Below are positions 32,289 through 45,937 of a stretch of 64,000 nucleotides of DNA, in pieces. The DNA comes from the human T2T-CHM13v2.0 reference genome, Homo sapiens. How positions within the stretch are numbered: the first letter of the stretch is position 1; every line of letters starts with the position of its first letter. The stretch is from the NCBI RefSeq assembly GCF_009914755.1, contig NC_060948.1. One strand, given 5' to 3'. A program made the translations under genes and the position numbers. Under the pieces are notes generated by a model, which was not told where the DNA came from, searched no databases, and saw nothing but the letters and a program-made list of their open reading frames with translations.

Positions 32289-33879
32289 GGTGCTTCCTGC
32301 ACAGCAGGTTTGGGTGTTTGTGTTGTGTGTTGGGAAGGGGGATACCAGGCTGGAAATGAGGGTGGGGACAGTCCCTGCATACAACCTCCCCAAAGAGGTG
32401 ATTTGTTTAATGGCCGGAGACTTACAGCACCAATAAGACTATTACTTCTGAAGTTGTTTGCATCTCATTTACAGTTTCTGGGATGCTTTTCTTCCTGTTC
32501 ATTTTTAAACTGAAGTACTTTGTAAGTGCAAAACATAACTAACCTCTAAATTACAACACCATTTCTGATGGTTTCATTTTAAACAACTCACAATAAAGAT
32601 TGACTTTAATGGGGGAATAAAACAGACATACCAACATGTTAATGTTTCTTTTTCCTATTGATACCAGTAATATCTAGAGATAGTTTTCTGTAATATTAAA
32701 AAGAAAAGAAAAATTTTAAGACCCTAGAGAATTACTTCACTGCATCAACATCTATGCCTTCCATCTGGTTTAATCTGTAATAGGAACTAATATACTATTG
32801 GAAAAACATCACTAATAATATTATAATAGCATTGTTTCAGAAAAATCAATCTCAAATTAGGTAATGAGTCCAGCATCTTGGACTTTGTTGGGGAAAAAAC
32901 CTGAAGCAAGACCAATGTCTAACTGATAACACTCAGAGATTGATTTGTGTTTTAGCAGTCTGGAGAAAATATAAGACTCTCAAGGAATGAGGAATTGTTG
33001 GCCAAGTGCTAATGAAACCTATTCCCACACAGCTGTTTTTAGGATTCTTTGTCAGCATTGGTCTTTCCTGCTTGGACAGACTAAAAGCATTTCTGAAAAT
33101 TGCTTTCCAAATATTTTTTTTCAGGAACCAACAATGTAGCATCCACCTAGAGATGGATTTACAGACTCTTAAATATTTTTCCCTCGATTAAAAGACTGGT
33201 TTTGATTATGACTTTCTGCAACTTTGACAATGCCCATACTCATCCGTTTTATTTTAAGTTCTGCCTTGTGATATTAACCAGAACCTATGACATAATTTTG
33301 CAAATATTGTCTGCCATAAACATTTCACAGAGTCAGTTATATATTCAGTGATTGTCAATCAATAGGTGATGAAGATAGTCTGGAATGTAAGCCAAGGGGC
33401 TAATAAGCCACAGAACTGCACTTTGTACAGGGTCATCCCAGTCTCCAGTTTCCCAGACTGTCTACTGATTTTTAGAAGGATGCAAAAAGGGGACATGTAT
33501 ACCCTCGGTTTCTGAAAGGGGGTACTCAAGTGATTCCCCAGGCTTTTGTCTGTTCCAGAATAACCGCCCCTCTCCCCCATTCTCACATCTGGCACCCTTG
33601 GAATCTGCATCTGCAAGCTCTCTAATGCCCATTAAAAACAATCGGGGGAAGATGACAGTCAGGCACCTTTCTGAGCTGATGTGGAGCCTGTCCCAGACTT
33701 TGTGTGCCCTCCCAAATAGGGGGAATTATTCAGATGTGAAGGGAAATCAACCAGTATTGATCCTTTGTTCCTATTTTCCCTTTTTCTCCACCTTAATAGT
33801 TGTCACCAAAATTCTTAGGTTACTTTTGACATTCAGCTATCCATGGCTTTAATATGAGTCATTCTGTCTGTTTTTCTCA

Positions 33880-34239
33880 ATATCTGTCTATCTATCTATC
33901 TATCTACCTACCTATCTATCTGCTTGTCACCTATCTACCTACCTAACCTCTATCTCTATCATCAATCAGCCAATCTATCTCTCTACCTACACATCATCTA
34001 TCAGTCAATCTTTGTTTCATCTGTCTGCCTATCACCTACCTATCACCTATCTCTAGGGGTTTGGCCCACCAAAGCCCTCTACTCTCCTTCCTGTCCTTTA
34101 ATTATTTCCTTCATCTATCTATTGATCTCTCTATCCTATCTATCATCTCTATTAATCAAGCTACGTATTCTCCATCATCTATTTATCAATAATCTACCTA
34201 CCTATCATCTCTATCAATCAATCAATATCATCTATCCAT

Positions 34240-34284
<45 letters not shown>

Positions 34285-34405
34285 TATTTGTCTGCCTATG
34301 TATGTATGTATTATCTATCTATGATACTAGTTATCAACAATGGATGAGTTTGCCCCTGGAGAACATTTGGCAACATCTGGAGACCTTTTTGGTGACCACA
34401 ACTAC
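33880..34405 (+). repeat. Degenerate (TCTA)n tract followed by a MER20 5' fragment (~34330-34405)
   Basis: TCTA/ATCT-rich sequence; ttgcccctggagaacatttggcaacatctggagac. Confidence 0.75.
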
Positions 34406-35189
34406 GGAATGAGAACATAGCACACTCTTGAAGTAAAATGTGCTGAGGAACATCCAGCTGTTTCTGACCCATTTCAGAGACTGAGCCTCAGAACCCTATC
34501 TTCTCTGTCTGAATATCTGCCTCCCGTGGGCTCTGTTCAGATTATTTACTCCCAGGGCTCTGTTCCATTGGTTGGTTGGCTAGTCTCCTCTGAATGTGCA
34601 TCGTGGATCTCCATCGTAGTCTTGATCCCTATTCGCCCCTTAGATGCTTACAAAATTCTCAACCATCACATGGTAAATACAGCTTTGAATTGTTTCCCCA
34701 ACACCGTCTCTCTCAGCCTTTGCCATCCAGCAAATGATAGCATCCCCCCACATGGAGAATCCTCCCCTCCAAGATTGTCCTCATTCTCACTCCCACCACT
34801 CAGCAATTTCTGCTGGCTCTTCCTCTAAGTACATTTGGAAATGTTCTGTATGCTTTCATATTTACTGCCTGGTTGTGAATCCAGCATCCCTCAATTTCTC
34901 TGCAGGATTCACCTCATTTCTGCCTCCCTCTCTTGCCCAGCTCTGACAAGTTCTCCAGGTAGTGGCCAACATTGCTGTTTTAACACATACTTCAATTCAT
35001 GTCACTCCCTTCCTTAAACCCTCCAATCACTCCCTTTTGCACTTGGTGTAAATAAAACATAGTCCTTCCCATGTCTTCTCAGCTCTTAGGTAACCTGGTC
35101 ACAGACAATCTCACCTACTCACCTGATACCATTATTTCCCCTGCTTGCTGTATCTAGAGAAATCCCAGCATCCAAGAAATGGAAAAGGA

Positions 35190-35389
35190 TTTTTTTTTAA
35201 GATGCAGTCTCACTTTGTTGCCAGGCTGGAGTGCAGTGCTGCTATCTTGGCTCACTGCAACCTCCACTTCCTGGTTTCAAGCAATTCTTCTGCCTTGGCC
35301 TCCCAAGGTAACTCCTTACCTCAAGTGATCCACCCACCTTGGCCTCGCAAAGTGCTGAGATTACAGGCATGAGCCACCCACACGCAACC
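35190..35389 (-). mobile_element. Internally deleted Alu
   Basis: Right-arm part joined directly to left-arm part at ~35310; TSD tggaaaaggattt on both sides. Confidence 0.8.
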
Positions 35390-35514
35390 TGGAAAAGGAT
35401 TTTGGCGCTGACATCAATTCCCTTTTGTGTGTTCACCATTCCAGACAGATTTGTTCTAAAATCCTAAATAATAATAAACACAACACATCTGCCCAAAGAT
35501 TACCTAGGATTAGA

Positions 35515-36141
35515 GCAGGATTTCCTCACCTCAGCATAACTGACATTGGGACACTATTATCATTTTGGATAGGATCATTCTTTGTTTTATGTTGCTGTCA
35601 TGTGCATTGTAAAATGTTGAGCAACTTCCCTGACCTTCACCCATTAGATGCCAGTAGCACCTGCTTCCATATTTGTGATCACCAAAAATCTCTACACATG
35701 ATGACAAATGTTCCCTAGAAACAAACTTTTCCCTGGTTGAGAACTACTGCCACAGATAGACAATAGACAGACAAACAGGGAGACAGAAAGACAGACAGAG
35801 AGGCAGACAGATGATACAATGATTGATAGATAGAATGATAAAGATAGATGATAGATAGGTTGATAGATAATAGGATATTAGATGATAGATAAGATAGATG
35901 ATAGACTGATACTGGATAGGATGATAGACTGATAGGTGATAGAGATAGATAAAAAGTAGGTATGTTGATAGGTAGGTGATTGGATGATAGATAGAATAGA
36001 TATACATATGTAGAAAGGTGATAGGTAGATGACAGATAGATGTGATGGATGGATAGATAATAGAAGATAGATAGATAGGATACATAGATATTAGATACAT
36101 AGATGCCATAGATATTAGATACATAGATGGATGGAAAAATA

Positions 36142-36191
<50 letters not shown>

Positions 36192-36812
36192 GTGGTGGAT
36201 GAATAGATACAAGATAGATAATGGAAACATGATAGGATAATAAGCAGATGATAAAATGATAGCTGATAGATGATAGAGATAGATGAAAGGTAGGTATATT
36301 GGTAGGTACATGATAGGATGATAGATAGATGAAATAGATATAGGTACATAGATAGATGATAGATAGATGGATAGATAGATACCCAGATACAGAGCTGGAT
36401 GCAATGGATAGATAGGTAATAGATGGTAGATAGATAGTAGATAGATAGATAGATAGATACAGGTGATGGATGATAGATATATGATAGATAGAAAGATGGA
36501 TGTGATGGATGGATAATAGATGATAGATAAATAGATGTAATGGATGAATAGATATATGATTGATATATAGATGATAGATAATAAATGCTTGACAGATGAT
36601 AGGATGATGAGAGATAGGATTATAGATAGATTGATAGATGATAGGTAGGTAGGTAGGTAGTTAGATAGATAGATACAGACAGAGAGACAGGTAGACAAAT
36701 TTGTACATGCTAAGGTAAGGTTACCAAATTTCTGCAATCTTGATGTTTAGGACTGAATCAATCTGGGTTGTAGGGGCCATCGTGTGCATTACAGGATTTT
36801 GAGCATCATCTC
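35515..36812 (-). repeat. MER20 (35515-35750) + ~950-bp degenerate (GATA)n tract + partial MER20 (~36715-36812)
   Basis: Antisense MER20 motifs (cacccattagatgccagtagcacc; ctggttgagaactactg) flanking a GATA-rich tract. Confidence 0.8.
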
Positions 36813-37669
36813 TATAGAGAACAAATCAATGGCCATGCTATAAAGCAGGCAAGCTTGGTGAGTCTAAGGAATAGAAAGATGGCCAATAACTCTGAACTTT
36901 ATGGCAAACAGCAAAATACCAGAGAGGTAACTAATTGTCCACCATGGAATATTCTTCTAAAATGATGAGGCCATGCCCAAGTGGACCAATAATGAATCTC
37001 CAGAAATAAGATGAGGCATCTTGGAGCAGAGAGTTAAGAAACTGAATGAATAGTAAGTCAACCAATAATGGAGTGAAACACTGAAGCTGCACCCAAAACC
37101 AAGTTCCTAATCAGGATCAACAAACCAAACAGTGAGCTTTTGTATAAAGCAATGAAAATCTCTGGGTGTCTTCCTCCATTGGGAATGCCTTTCCCCAAGA
37201 GACCTGTACATGGTCACACCCCTTTGCTTCTGAAGCCCTGCTTCAAATCTCAGCTCCCCAGAGAGCTCTGCCACAGGCATTAACCCACCAAACCCCTCTA
37301 CTCTCCTTCCTGTCCTTTAATTATTTCCTTATGAAATTCACGATTACCTGAAATGATCTTTTTCATTATTTTTACCCTTCTAGTCAACCTTCTTGCTAAC
37401 AGAGCTGAGCCCTTGCCTATTTGGTTGACCCACCCAGAATAGTAACTTGCAGACCCACAAAGCTCAAATTATAGCTGTGACTGCATTGCAAGATGAATCC
37501 ATGCACATAGAATCTGTAGCAGACATCGTTTCATATTGAGGGCATTTCAAACAGCACCTCCCTTATTTTTCCTTTCATTTCTCCATCTCTAAAAGCATTA
37601 GAGCTTGTTTTCAGAGCCAGCTACATCCTGAAGGCACATATAAAGCTGACCTGTACAATGCTTTTGCAA

Positions 37670-38393
37670 TTTTTTAAAGTAAAATTCAAATGGCATGGAA
37701 TTCACTATTGTAGACGCTACAATTCAGTGCCATTTAGTACATTCATACTATTGTGTATACATCATCTCTATCTTGTTCCAAACATTTTTAACACCCCAAA
37801 AGGAGATCTCATATCTGTTAAGCAGTCATGCTCTACTCCCTCTCCTCCTCCAGCCTTTGGGGACCACCACTTTCTTTCCTGTATCTATGAATTTGACTAT
37901 TGTGAACATTTCATATATATGGAATCATACAATATACATTTAATATACATGGAGTCATACAATAGATCAGCAGTCCCCAGCCTTTTTGGCACTGGGGACC
38001 AATTTCATGGAAGACAATTTTTCCACAGACAGGGTTGGGGAGGGGGTGGTTTTGGGATGACTCAAATGCATTACATTGTTGTGCACTTTATTTCTTTTAT
38101 CATTGCATTGTAATATATAATGAAATAAATCTACAACTCACCATAGTGTAGAATCAGTGGGACCCCTGAGTTTATTTTCCTTCAACTAGACAGTTCCATC
38201 TGAGGGTGACAGGAGACAGTGACAGATCATCAGGCATTAGATTCTCATAAGGAGTGCACAACCTAGATCCCTTGCGTACACAGTTCAGAATAGGGTTTGT
38301 GCTTCTGTGAGAATCTCATGCTGTCACTGATCTGACAGGAGGTGGAGCTCAGACAGTAATGCCAGAAATGGGGAGTGGCCATAAATACAGATG
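37670..38393 (-). mobile_element. L1M 3' fragment (37670-37965) followed by a truncated MER1A (37968-38393)
   Basis: MER1A aligns with the 5972 copy until aatacagatg, then stops. Confidence 0.75.
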
Positions 38394-38704
38394 GGGTATG
38401 GAACTCAGGGAATGTATTTGGACTAGAGAAGCACATATGGTAGTCATCACTGGCGGGTGGGTGGTAATTGGAACCACACATGTGGGAGAGGCCATTGACT
38501 CTGAAGCCAACCAGGAAGGAAAGGGGCTTAGGACCAAGTCAAGGAGGACCCAGTCAGCAAAGATTCAGGCAGAGGAGGAGGAGGAAGCAGTGACTGAGAC
38601 CAAGTTATGGCCGGAAAGGTGGAGAAAATTCCAGAGGATTTCATATCCAGGAGACCAAGAGGATAATGTGAGCTCAAAAGCAAACACTCTATGAAGTGTT
38701 TACT

Positions 38705-39545
38705 ATAAATATAGAGAGAGTTATAAATATAGATATAGTTACCTAGATACATACATATTGATTATATATACATTGTATATTATAAATTTATAAATATAGA
38801 GTTATAAATATATAGTTACCTAGATATCTACACATTGATTATATATAAATTGTTATGAATTTATAGAGTTATAAATATATAGTTACCTAGATACATACAA
38901 ATTGATTATATATACATTATATATTAAAAATTTATACTTATAAATATATAGTTACCTAGATACATACATATTGATTATATATTTAAAAATTTATAAATAT
39001 ATTTATAAATATAGATATAGTTCCTAGATAGACACATATTGATTATATATAAATTACATATTATAAATTTATAAATATAGTTATAAATATAGATATAGTT
39101 ACCTAGATACATACATATTGATTATATACAAATCATATATTATGAATTTATATAGAGTTATATAGTTACCTAGATACATACATACTGATTATATATAAAT
39201 TATATATTATAAACTTATAAATATAGATATAGTTACCTAGATACATATATATTGACTATATATAAATTATATATTATAAATTTATAGAGTTATAGATATA
39301 GTTACCTAGATACATGCATATTGATTATATATAAATTATATATTATAACTTTATAGAGAGAGTTATAAATATAGATATATTTACCTAGAAATATACATAT
39401 TGGTTATATACAAATTAAATATTATAAATATAGTTATAAATATATAGTTCCTAGATAGATACATATTGATTATATATAAATTATATATTATAAATTTATA
39501 AATACATAGTTATAAATATAGTTACCTAGATACATACATATCAAT
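38705..39545. repeat. AT-rich minisatellite, ~66-79-bp unit x ~12
   Basis: Anchor tt(a)cctaga recurs 12 times between 38739 and 39522. Confidence 0.85.
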
Positions 39546-39546
39546 T

Positions 39547-39704
39547 ATATATTTATATATAAATATATGTTATATATTTATATATAAATATATGTTATAT
39601 ATTTATATATAAATATATGTTATATATTTATATATAAATATATGTTATATATTTATATATAAATATATGTTATATATTTATATATAAATATATGTTATAT
39701 ATTT
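39547..39704. repeat. Perfect 25-bp tandem repeat x6 (atatatttatatataaatatatgtt)
   Basis: atgtt recurs every 25 bp from 39568 to 39693. Confidence 0.9.
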
Positions 39705-40979
39705 TAAATTTAGAATTTAAATTTATCATTTAAATTTATAAATGATTTATAATATAAATATATTGATTTATATATATTTATAATATAAAGATGTTGATTA
39801 TATATTACTTATAAATATATGTTTCTCTATAAATTTATATATTGTTATATCACAATTTTAAAAAGTAAATATGATGTGATACATGCCAGAGATTCTTCCT
39901 TTTACCTGAAAATGCTTTCACGGGTTTATATATTTATATCCATATATATTTATATATTATTTATATATATTTAGATATAAATATACATTGATTATATGTC
40001 TATATATCTACATATAATATATTTATTGATATATCAATATATGTTTATATATCATGATAGATATATATCTATATATTATATTATATATTATATATAAAAT
40101 ATAATATAAAATATAATATATATAATATAATATAAAATATAATATATAGATATATATCTATCATGATAAACATATATTGATATACCAATAGATATATATC
40201 TTATTTATTATATATTATACAGATATATATCATTATAATATATATTTAATCTATATATAGATATATAATATCTATATTTATATATTATATATAATATAGA
40301 TATATATTATATAATTATATATATTCTATATATTATATAGATATATAATAGATCTCTATATTATATCTATATAGTATATATAGATATATATAGATAGAGA
40401 GATCTATTATATATCTATATATTATATAGATATATATTATGTAAATATATATCTATTAAGATAGATACATATTTGTATATATTGAGATAGATATATATAT
40501 AAATATTTTTTATATATAGGTATATATATAAAGACAAAAAACAACAAAAAATAGATATGATGTGATACATGCAAAGATTCATCCTTTTACCTAGAAATGT
40601 TTCCCCAGTTTGTAGTTATTTATACAGATTCTTCTAAACTTTCACAGAAGGTACATTGTATAATGTATATGAGTGAAGCTGTTTTCTTTAACTTAGAAAT
40701 GTTTTTTAAATACCTGTTAGTAAGTATTTTAAGATATTTTTAAGTAAAAATTATTATTAATGGTTAAGCAGTTATAAAGCATCCATTAGTTACCACACAG
40801 TGTACTAAAACTGTGGTTTAACATGCCTTAAAGGCAACTCATGTATAGGATTCCTTGTTTATGGGATTACAGCTGGGTGATAAAGACGCAAACATAGGTT
40901 TTATCCTCTGGCCATGTACAAGGCGTGCCATTCTTTGGCTCCTTACCCTATTGAGTGTCTATTTGCTTATTTGTTTTAG

Positions 40980-43900
40980 GAATTCTGAAGTGTAAAAAGG
41001 ACAAAGCTTATGAAGGCGGTCAGTTGTGTGCAATGTGCTTCAGTCCAAAGAAGTTGTACAAACATGAGATTCACAAGCTGAAGGACCTGACTTGTCTGAA
41101 GCCTTCCATAGAGTCTCCTCTGAGACAGAACAGGAGCAGGAGTATTGAGGAGGAGCAAAAACAAGAAGAGAATGGTGACAGCCAGCTCATCCTGGAGAAA
41201 ATCCAACTTCCCCAGTGGAGCATCTCTTTGAATATGACTGATGAGCACGGGAACCTGGTGAACTTGGTGTGTGACATCAAGAAACCAATGGATGTGTACA
41301 AAATTCACTTGAACCAAACAGATCCTCCAGATATTGACATAAATGCAATGGTTGCCTTGGACTTTGAGTATCCAATGACCCAGGAAAACTATGAAAATCT
41401 ATGGAAATTGATAGCATACTACAGTGAAGTTCCCATGAAGCTACACAGAGAGCTCATGCTCAGCAAACACCCCAGAGTCAGCTACCAGTACAGGCAAGAT
41501 GCCGATGAAGAAGCTCTTTACTACACAGGTGTGAGAGCCCAGATTCTTGCAGAACCAGAATGGATCATGCAGCCATCCATAGATATCCAGCTGAACCGAC
41601 CTCAGAGTACGGCCAAGAAGGTGCTACTTTCCTACTACAACCAGTATTCTCAAACAATAGCCACCAAAGATACAAGGCAGGCTCGGGGCAGAAGCTGGGT
41701 AATGATTGAGCCTAGTAGAGCTGTGCAAAAAGATCAGACTGTCCTGGAAGGGGGTCGATGCCAGTTGAGCTGCAATGTGAAAGCTTCTGAGAGTCCATCT
41801 ATCTTCTGGGTGCTTCCAGATGGCTCCATCCTGAAAGTGCCTGTGGATGACCCAGACAGCAAGTTCTCCATTCTCAGCAGTGGCTGGCTGAGGATCAAGT
41901 CCATGGAGCCATCTGACTCGGGCTTGTACCAGTGCATTGCTCAAGTGAGGGATGAAATGGACCGCATGGTATATAGGGTACTTGTGCAGTCTCCCTCCAC
42001 TCAGCCAGCCGAGAAAGACACAGTGACAATTGGCAAGAACCCAGGGGAGCCAGTGATGTTGCCTTGCAATGCTTTAGCTATACCCGAAGCCCACCTTAGC
42101 TGGATTCTTCCAAACAGAAGGATAATTAATGATTTGGCTAACACATCACATGTATACATGCTGCCAAATGGAACTCTTTCCATCCCAAAGGTCCAAGTCA
42201 GTGACAGTGGTTACCACAGATGTGTGGCTGTCAACCAGCATGGGGCAGACCATATCACGGTGGGAATCACAGTGACCAAGAAAGGTTCTGGCTCGCCATC
42301 CAAAAGAGGCAGATGGCCAGGTCCAAAGGCTCTTTCCAGATGAGAGAAGACATCGTGGAGGATGAAGGGGTCTCAGGCACGGGAGATGAAGAGAACACTT
42401 CAAGGAGACTTCTACATCCAAAGCACCAAGAGGCGTTCCTCAAAACAAAGGATGATGCCATCAATGGAGATAAGAAAGCCAAGAAAGGGAGAAGAAAGCT
42501 GAAACTCTGGAAGCATTCAGAAAAAGAACCAGAGACCAGTGTTGCAGAAGATCTCAGAGTGTTTGAATCAAGACGAAGGATAAACGTGGCAAACAAACAG
42601 ATTAATCCGGAGCACTGGGCTGATATTTTAGCCAAAGTCTTTGGGAAAAATCTCCCTACAGGCACAGAAGTATCCCCAATTATTAAAACCACAAGTTCTC
42701 CATTCTTGAGCCTAGTAGTCACACCACCTTTGCCTGCTGTTTCTCCCCCCTTGGCATCTCCAATACAGACAGCAACAAGTGCTGAAGAATCCTCAGCAGA
42801 TGTACCTCTACTCAGCGAAGGAAAGCACATTTTGAGTACCATTTCCTCAGCCAGCATGGGACTAGAACACCACAACAATGGAGTTATTCTTGTTGAACCT
42901 GAAGTAACAAGCACACCTCTGGAAGAAGTTGTTGATGAGTATTCCAAGAAGACTGAGGAGATGACTTCCACTGAAGGCGACCTGAAGGGGACTGCAGCCT
43001 CTACACTTATATCTGAGCCTTATGAACAATCTCCTACTCTACACACCTTAGACACAGTCTATGAAGAGCCCACCCATGAAGAGACGGAAACAGAGGGTTG
43101 GTCTGCAGCAGATGTTGGATCCTCACCAGATCCCACATCCAGTGAGTATGAGCTTCCATTGGTTGTTGTCTCCTTGGCTGAGTCTAAGCCTGTGCAATAC
43201 TTTGACCCAGATTTGGAGACTAATTCACAACCACATGAGGATAACATAAAAGAATACAGTTTTGCACACCTTACTCCAACCGCCATCATCTGGTTTAATG
43301 ACTCTAGTACATCACTGTCATTTGAGGATTCTACTGTAGGGGAACAAGGTGTCCCAGGCAAATCACATCTACAAGGACCGACAGAGAACATCCAGCTTGT
43401 GAAAAGTAGTTTTAGCACTCAAGACACCTTATTGATTAAAAAAGGTATGAAAGAGATGTCTCAGACACTACAGGGAGGAAATATGCTAGAGGGAGACCCT
43501 ACACACTCCAGAAGTTCTGAGAATGAGGGCCAAGAGAGCAAATCCATCACTTTACCTGACTCCACACTGGGTATAACGAGCAGTACGTCTCCAGTTAAGA
43601 AGCCTGCGGAAACCACAGTTGTCACCCTGCTACACAAAGACACCACAACAGAAACAACTCCAAGGCAAAAAGTGGCTTCATCATCCACCATGAGCACTCA
43701 CCCTTCTCGAAGGAGACCCAATGGGAGAAAATTACACCCTCACAAATTCCACCACCGGCACAAGCAAACCCCACCCACAACTTTTGCTCCATTAGAGACT
43801 TTTTCTACTCAACCAACTCAAGCAACTGACATTAAGATTTCAAATCAAATGGAGAGTTCTCTGGTTCCTACATCTTGGGAGATTAACACAGTTAATACCC

Positions 43901-45937
43901 CCAAACAGCTGGAAATGGAGAAGAATGTAGAGCTCATATCAAAGGGAACTCCACGGAGAAAACACGGGAAGAGGCCAAACAAACATCGATATACCCCTTC
44001 TACAGTGAGTTCAAGAGCATCTGCATCCAAGCCCAGCCCTTCTCCAGAAAATAAACATAGAAACATTGTTACTCCCAGTTCAGAAACTACACTTTTGCCT
44101 AGAAATGTTTCTCTGAAAACTGAGGGCGTTTATGATTCCTTAGATTACACGACAACCACCAGAAAAATACATTCATCTCACCATAAAGTCCAAGACACAC
44201 TTCCAGTCATGTATAAACCCACATCAGATGGAAAAGAAATTCAGGATGATGTTGCCACAAATGTTGACAAACATAAAAGTGACATTTTAGTCCCTGGTGA
44301 GTCAATTACAAATGTCACACAAACTTCTCGCTCCTTGGTCTCCACTATGGGAGAATTTAAGGAAGAATCCTCTCCTGTGGGCTTTCCAGGAATTCCAACC
44401 TGGAATCCCTCAAGGAAAGCTCAGCCTGGGAGGCTACAGACAGACATACATGTTACCACTTCTGGGGAAACCCCTACAGACCCTCCCCTTGTTAACGAGC
44501 TTGAGGATGTGGATTTTACTTCTGAGTTTTTGTCCTCTGTGACAGTCTCCACACCATTTCACCAGGAAGAAGCTGGTTTTTCCACAATTCTCTCAAGCAT
44601 AAAAGTGGAGATGGCTTCAAGTCAGGTAGAAACTACCACCCTTGGTCAAGATCATCATGAAACCACTGTGGCTATTCTCCACTCTGAAACTAGACCACAG
44701 AATCACATCCTTACTGCTGCCTGGATGAAGGAGCCAGCATCTTTGTCCCCTCCCATGATTCTCCTGTCTTTGGGACAAACCACCACCACTAAGCCAGAAC
44801 TTCTCAGTCCAAGAACATCTCAAATATGTAAAGATTCCAAGGAAAATGTTTTCTTGAATTACATGGGGAATCCAGAAACAGAAGCAACCCCAGTGAAAAA
44901 TGAAGGAACACAGCGTATGTCAGGGCCAAATGAATTATCAACACCATCTTCTGACCACGATGCATTTAACTTGTCTACAAAGCTAGAATTGGAAAAGCAA
45001 GTATTTGATAGTAGGAGTCTAACACGTGGCCCAGATAGCCACCACCAGGATGGAAGAGTTCATGCTTCTCATCAACTAACCAGAATCCCTGCCAAACCCA
45101 TCCTACCAACAGGAACAGTGAGGCTGCCTGAAATGTCCACACAAAGCACTTCCAGATACTTTGTAACTTTCCAGCCACCTCATCACGGGACCAACAAACC
45201 AGAAATAACTACATATCCTTCTAGGGCTTTGCCAGAGAGCAAACAGTTTACAACTCCAAGAGTAGCAAGTACAACTCCTCTCCTATCACACATGTCCAAA
45301 CCCAGCATTTCTAGTAAGTTTGCTGACCTAAGAACTGACCAATCCAATGGCTCCTACAAAGTGTTTGGAAATAGCAACATCCCTGAGGCAAGAAACTCAG
45401 TTGGAAAGCCTCTCAGTCCAAGAATTTATCATTATTCCAATGGAAGACTCCCTTTCTTTACCAACAGGACTCTTTCTTTTTCACAGTTGGGAGTCACCCG
45501 GAGACCCCAGATACCCTCTTCTCCTGTCCCAGTAATGAGAGAGAGAAAAGTTAATCCAGGTTCCTACAATAGGATATATTCCCATAGCACCTTCCATCTG
45601 GACTTTGGCCTTCCAGCACCTCCACTGTTGCACACTCCATGGACCATGGTATCACCCCCAACTAACTTACAGAATATCCCTATGGTCTCATCCACCCAGA
45701 GTTCTGTCTCCTTTATAACATCTTCTGTCCAGTCCTCAGGAAGCATCCACCAAAGCGGCTCAAAGTTCTTTGCAGGAGGACCGCCTGCATCCAAATTCTG
45801 GCCTCTTGGGGAAAAGCCCCAAATCCTCACCAAGTCCCCACAGACTGTGTCTGTCACTGCTGAAACGGACGCTGTGTTCCCGTGTGAGGCAATAGGAAAA
45901 CCAAAGCCTTTCGTTACTTGGACAAAAGTTTCCACAT
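40980..45937 (+). pseudogene. MXRA5Y: MXRA5Y exon 5 (LRRCT end, 2 Ig domains, long Ser/Thr/Pro-rich spacer, start of next Ig); frameshift at ~42340
   Basis: Acceptor ttttag|GAATTC; ORFs 40955-42343 and 42220-46011 are consecutive MXRA5 segments in different frames; donor ACAT|gtaaga. Confidence 0.95.

Noticed and set aside
33006-33191. Leu-rich ORF as possible exon 3 remnant
   Set aside because: No LxxLxLxxN pattern and no resemblance to the MXRA5 LRRs
35715-36737. 340-aa hydrophobic ORF (IYLS repeats)
   Set aside because: Translation of the (TCTA)n tract
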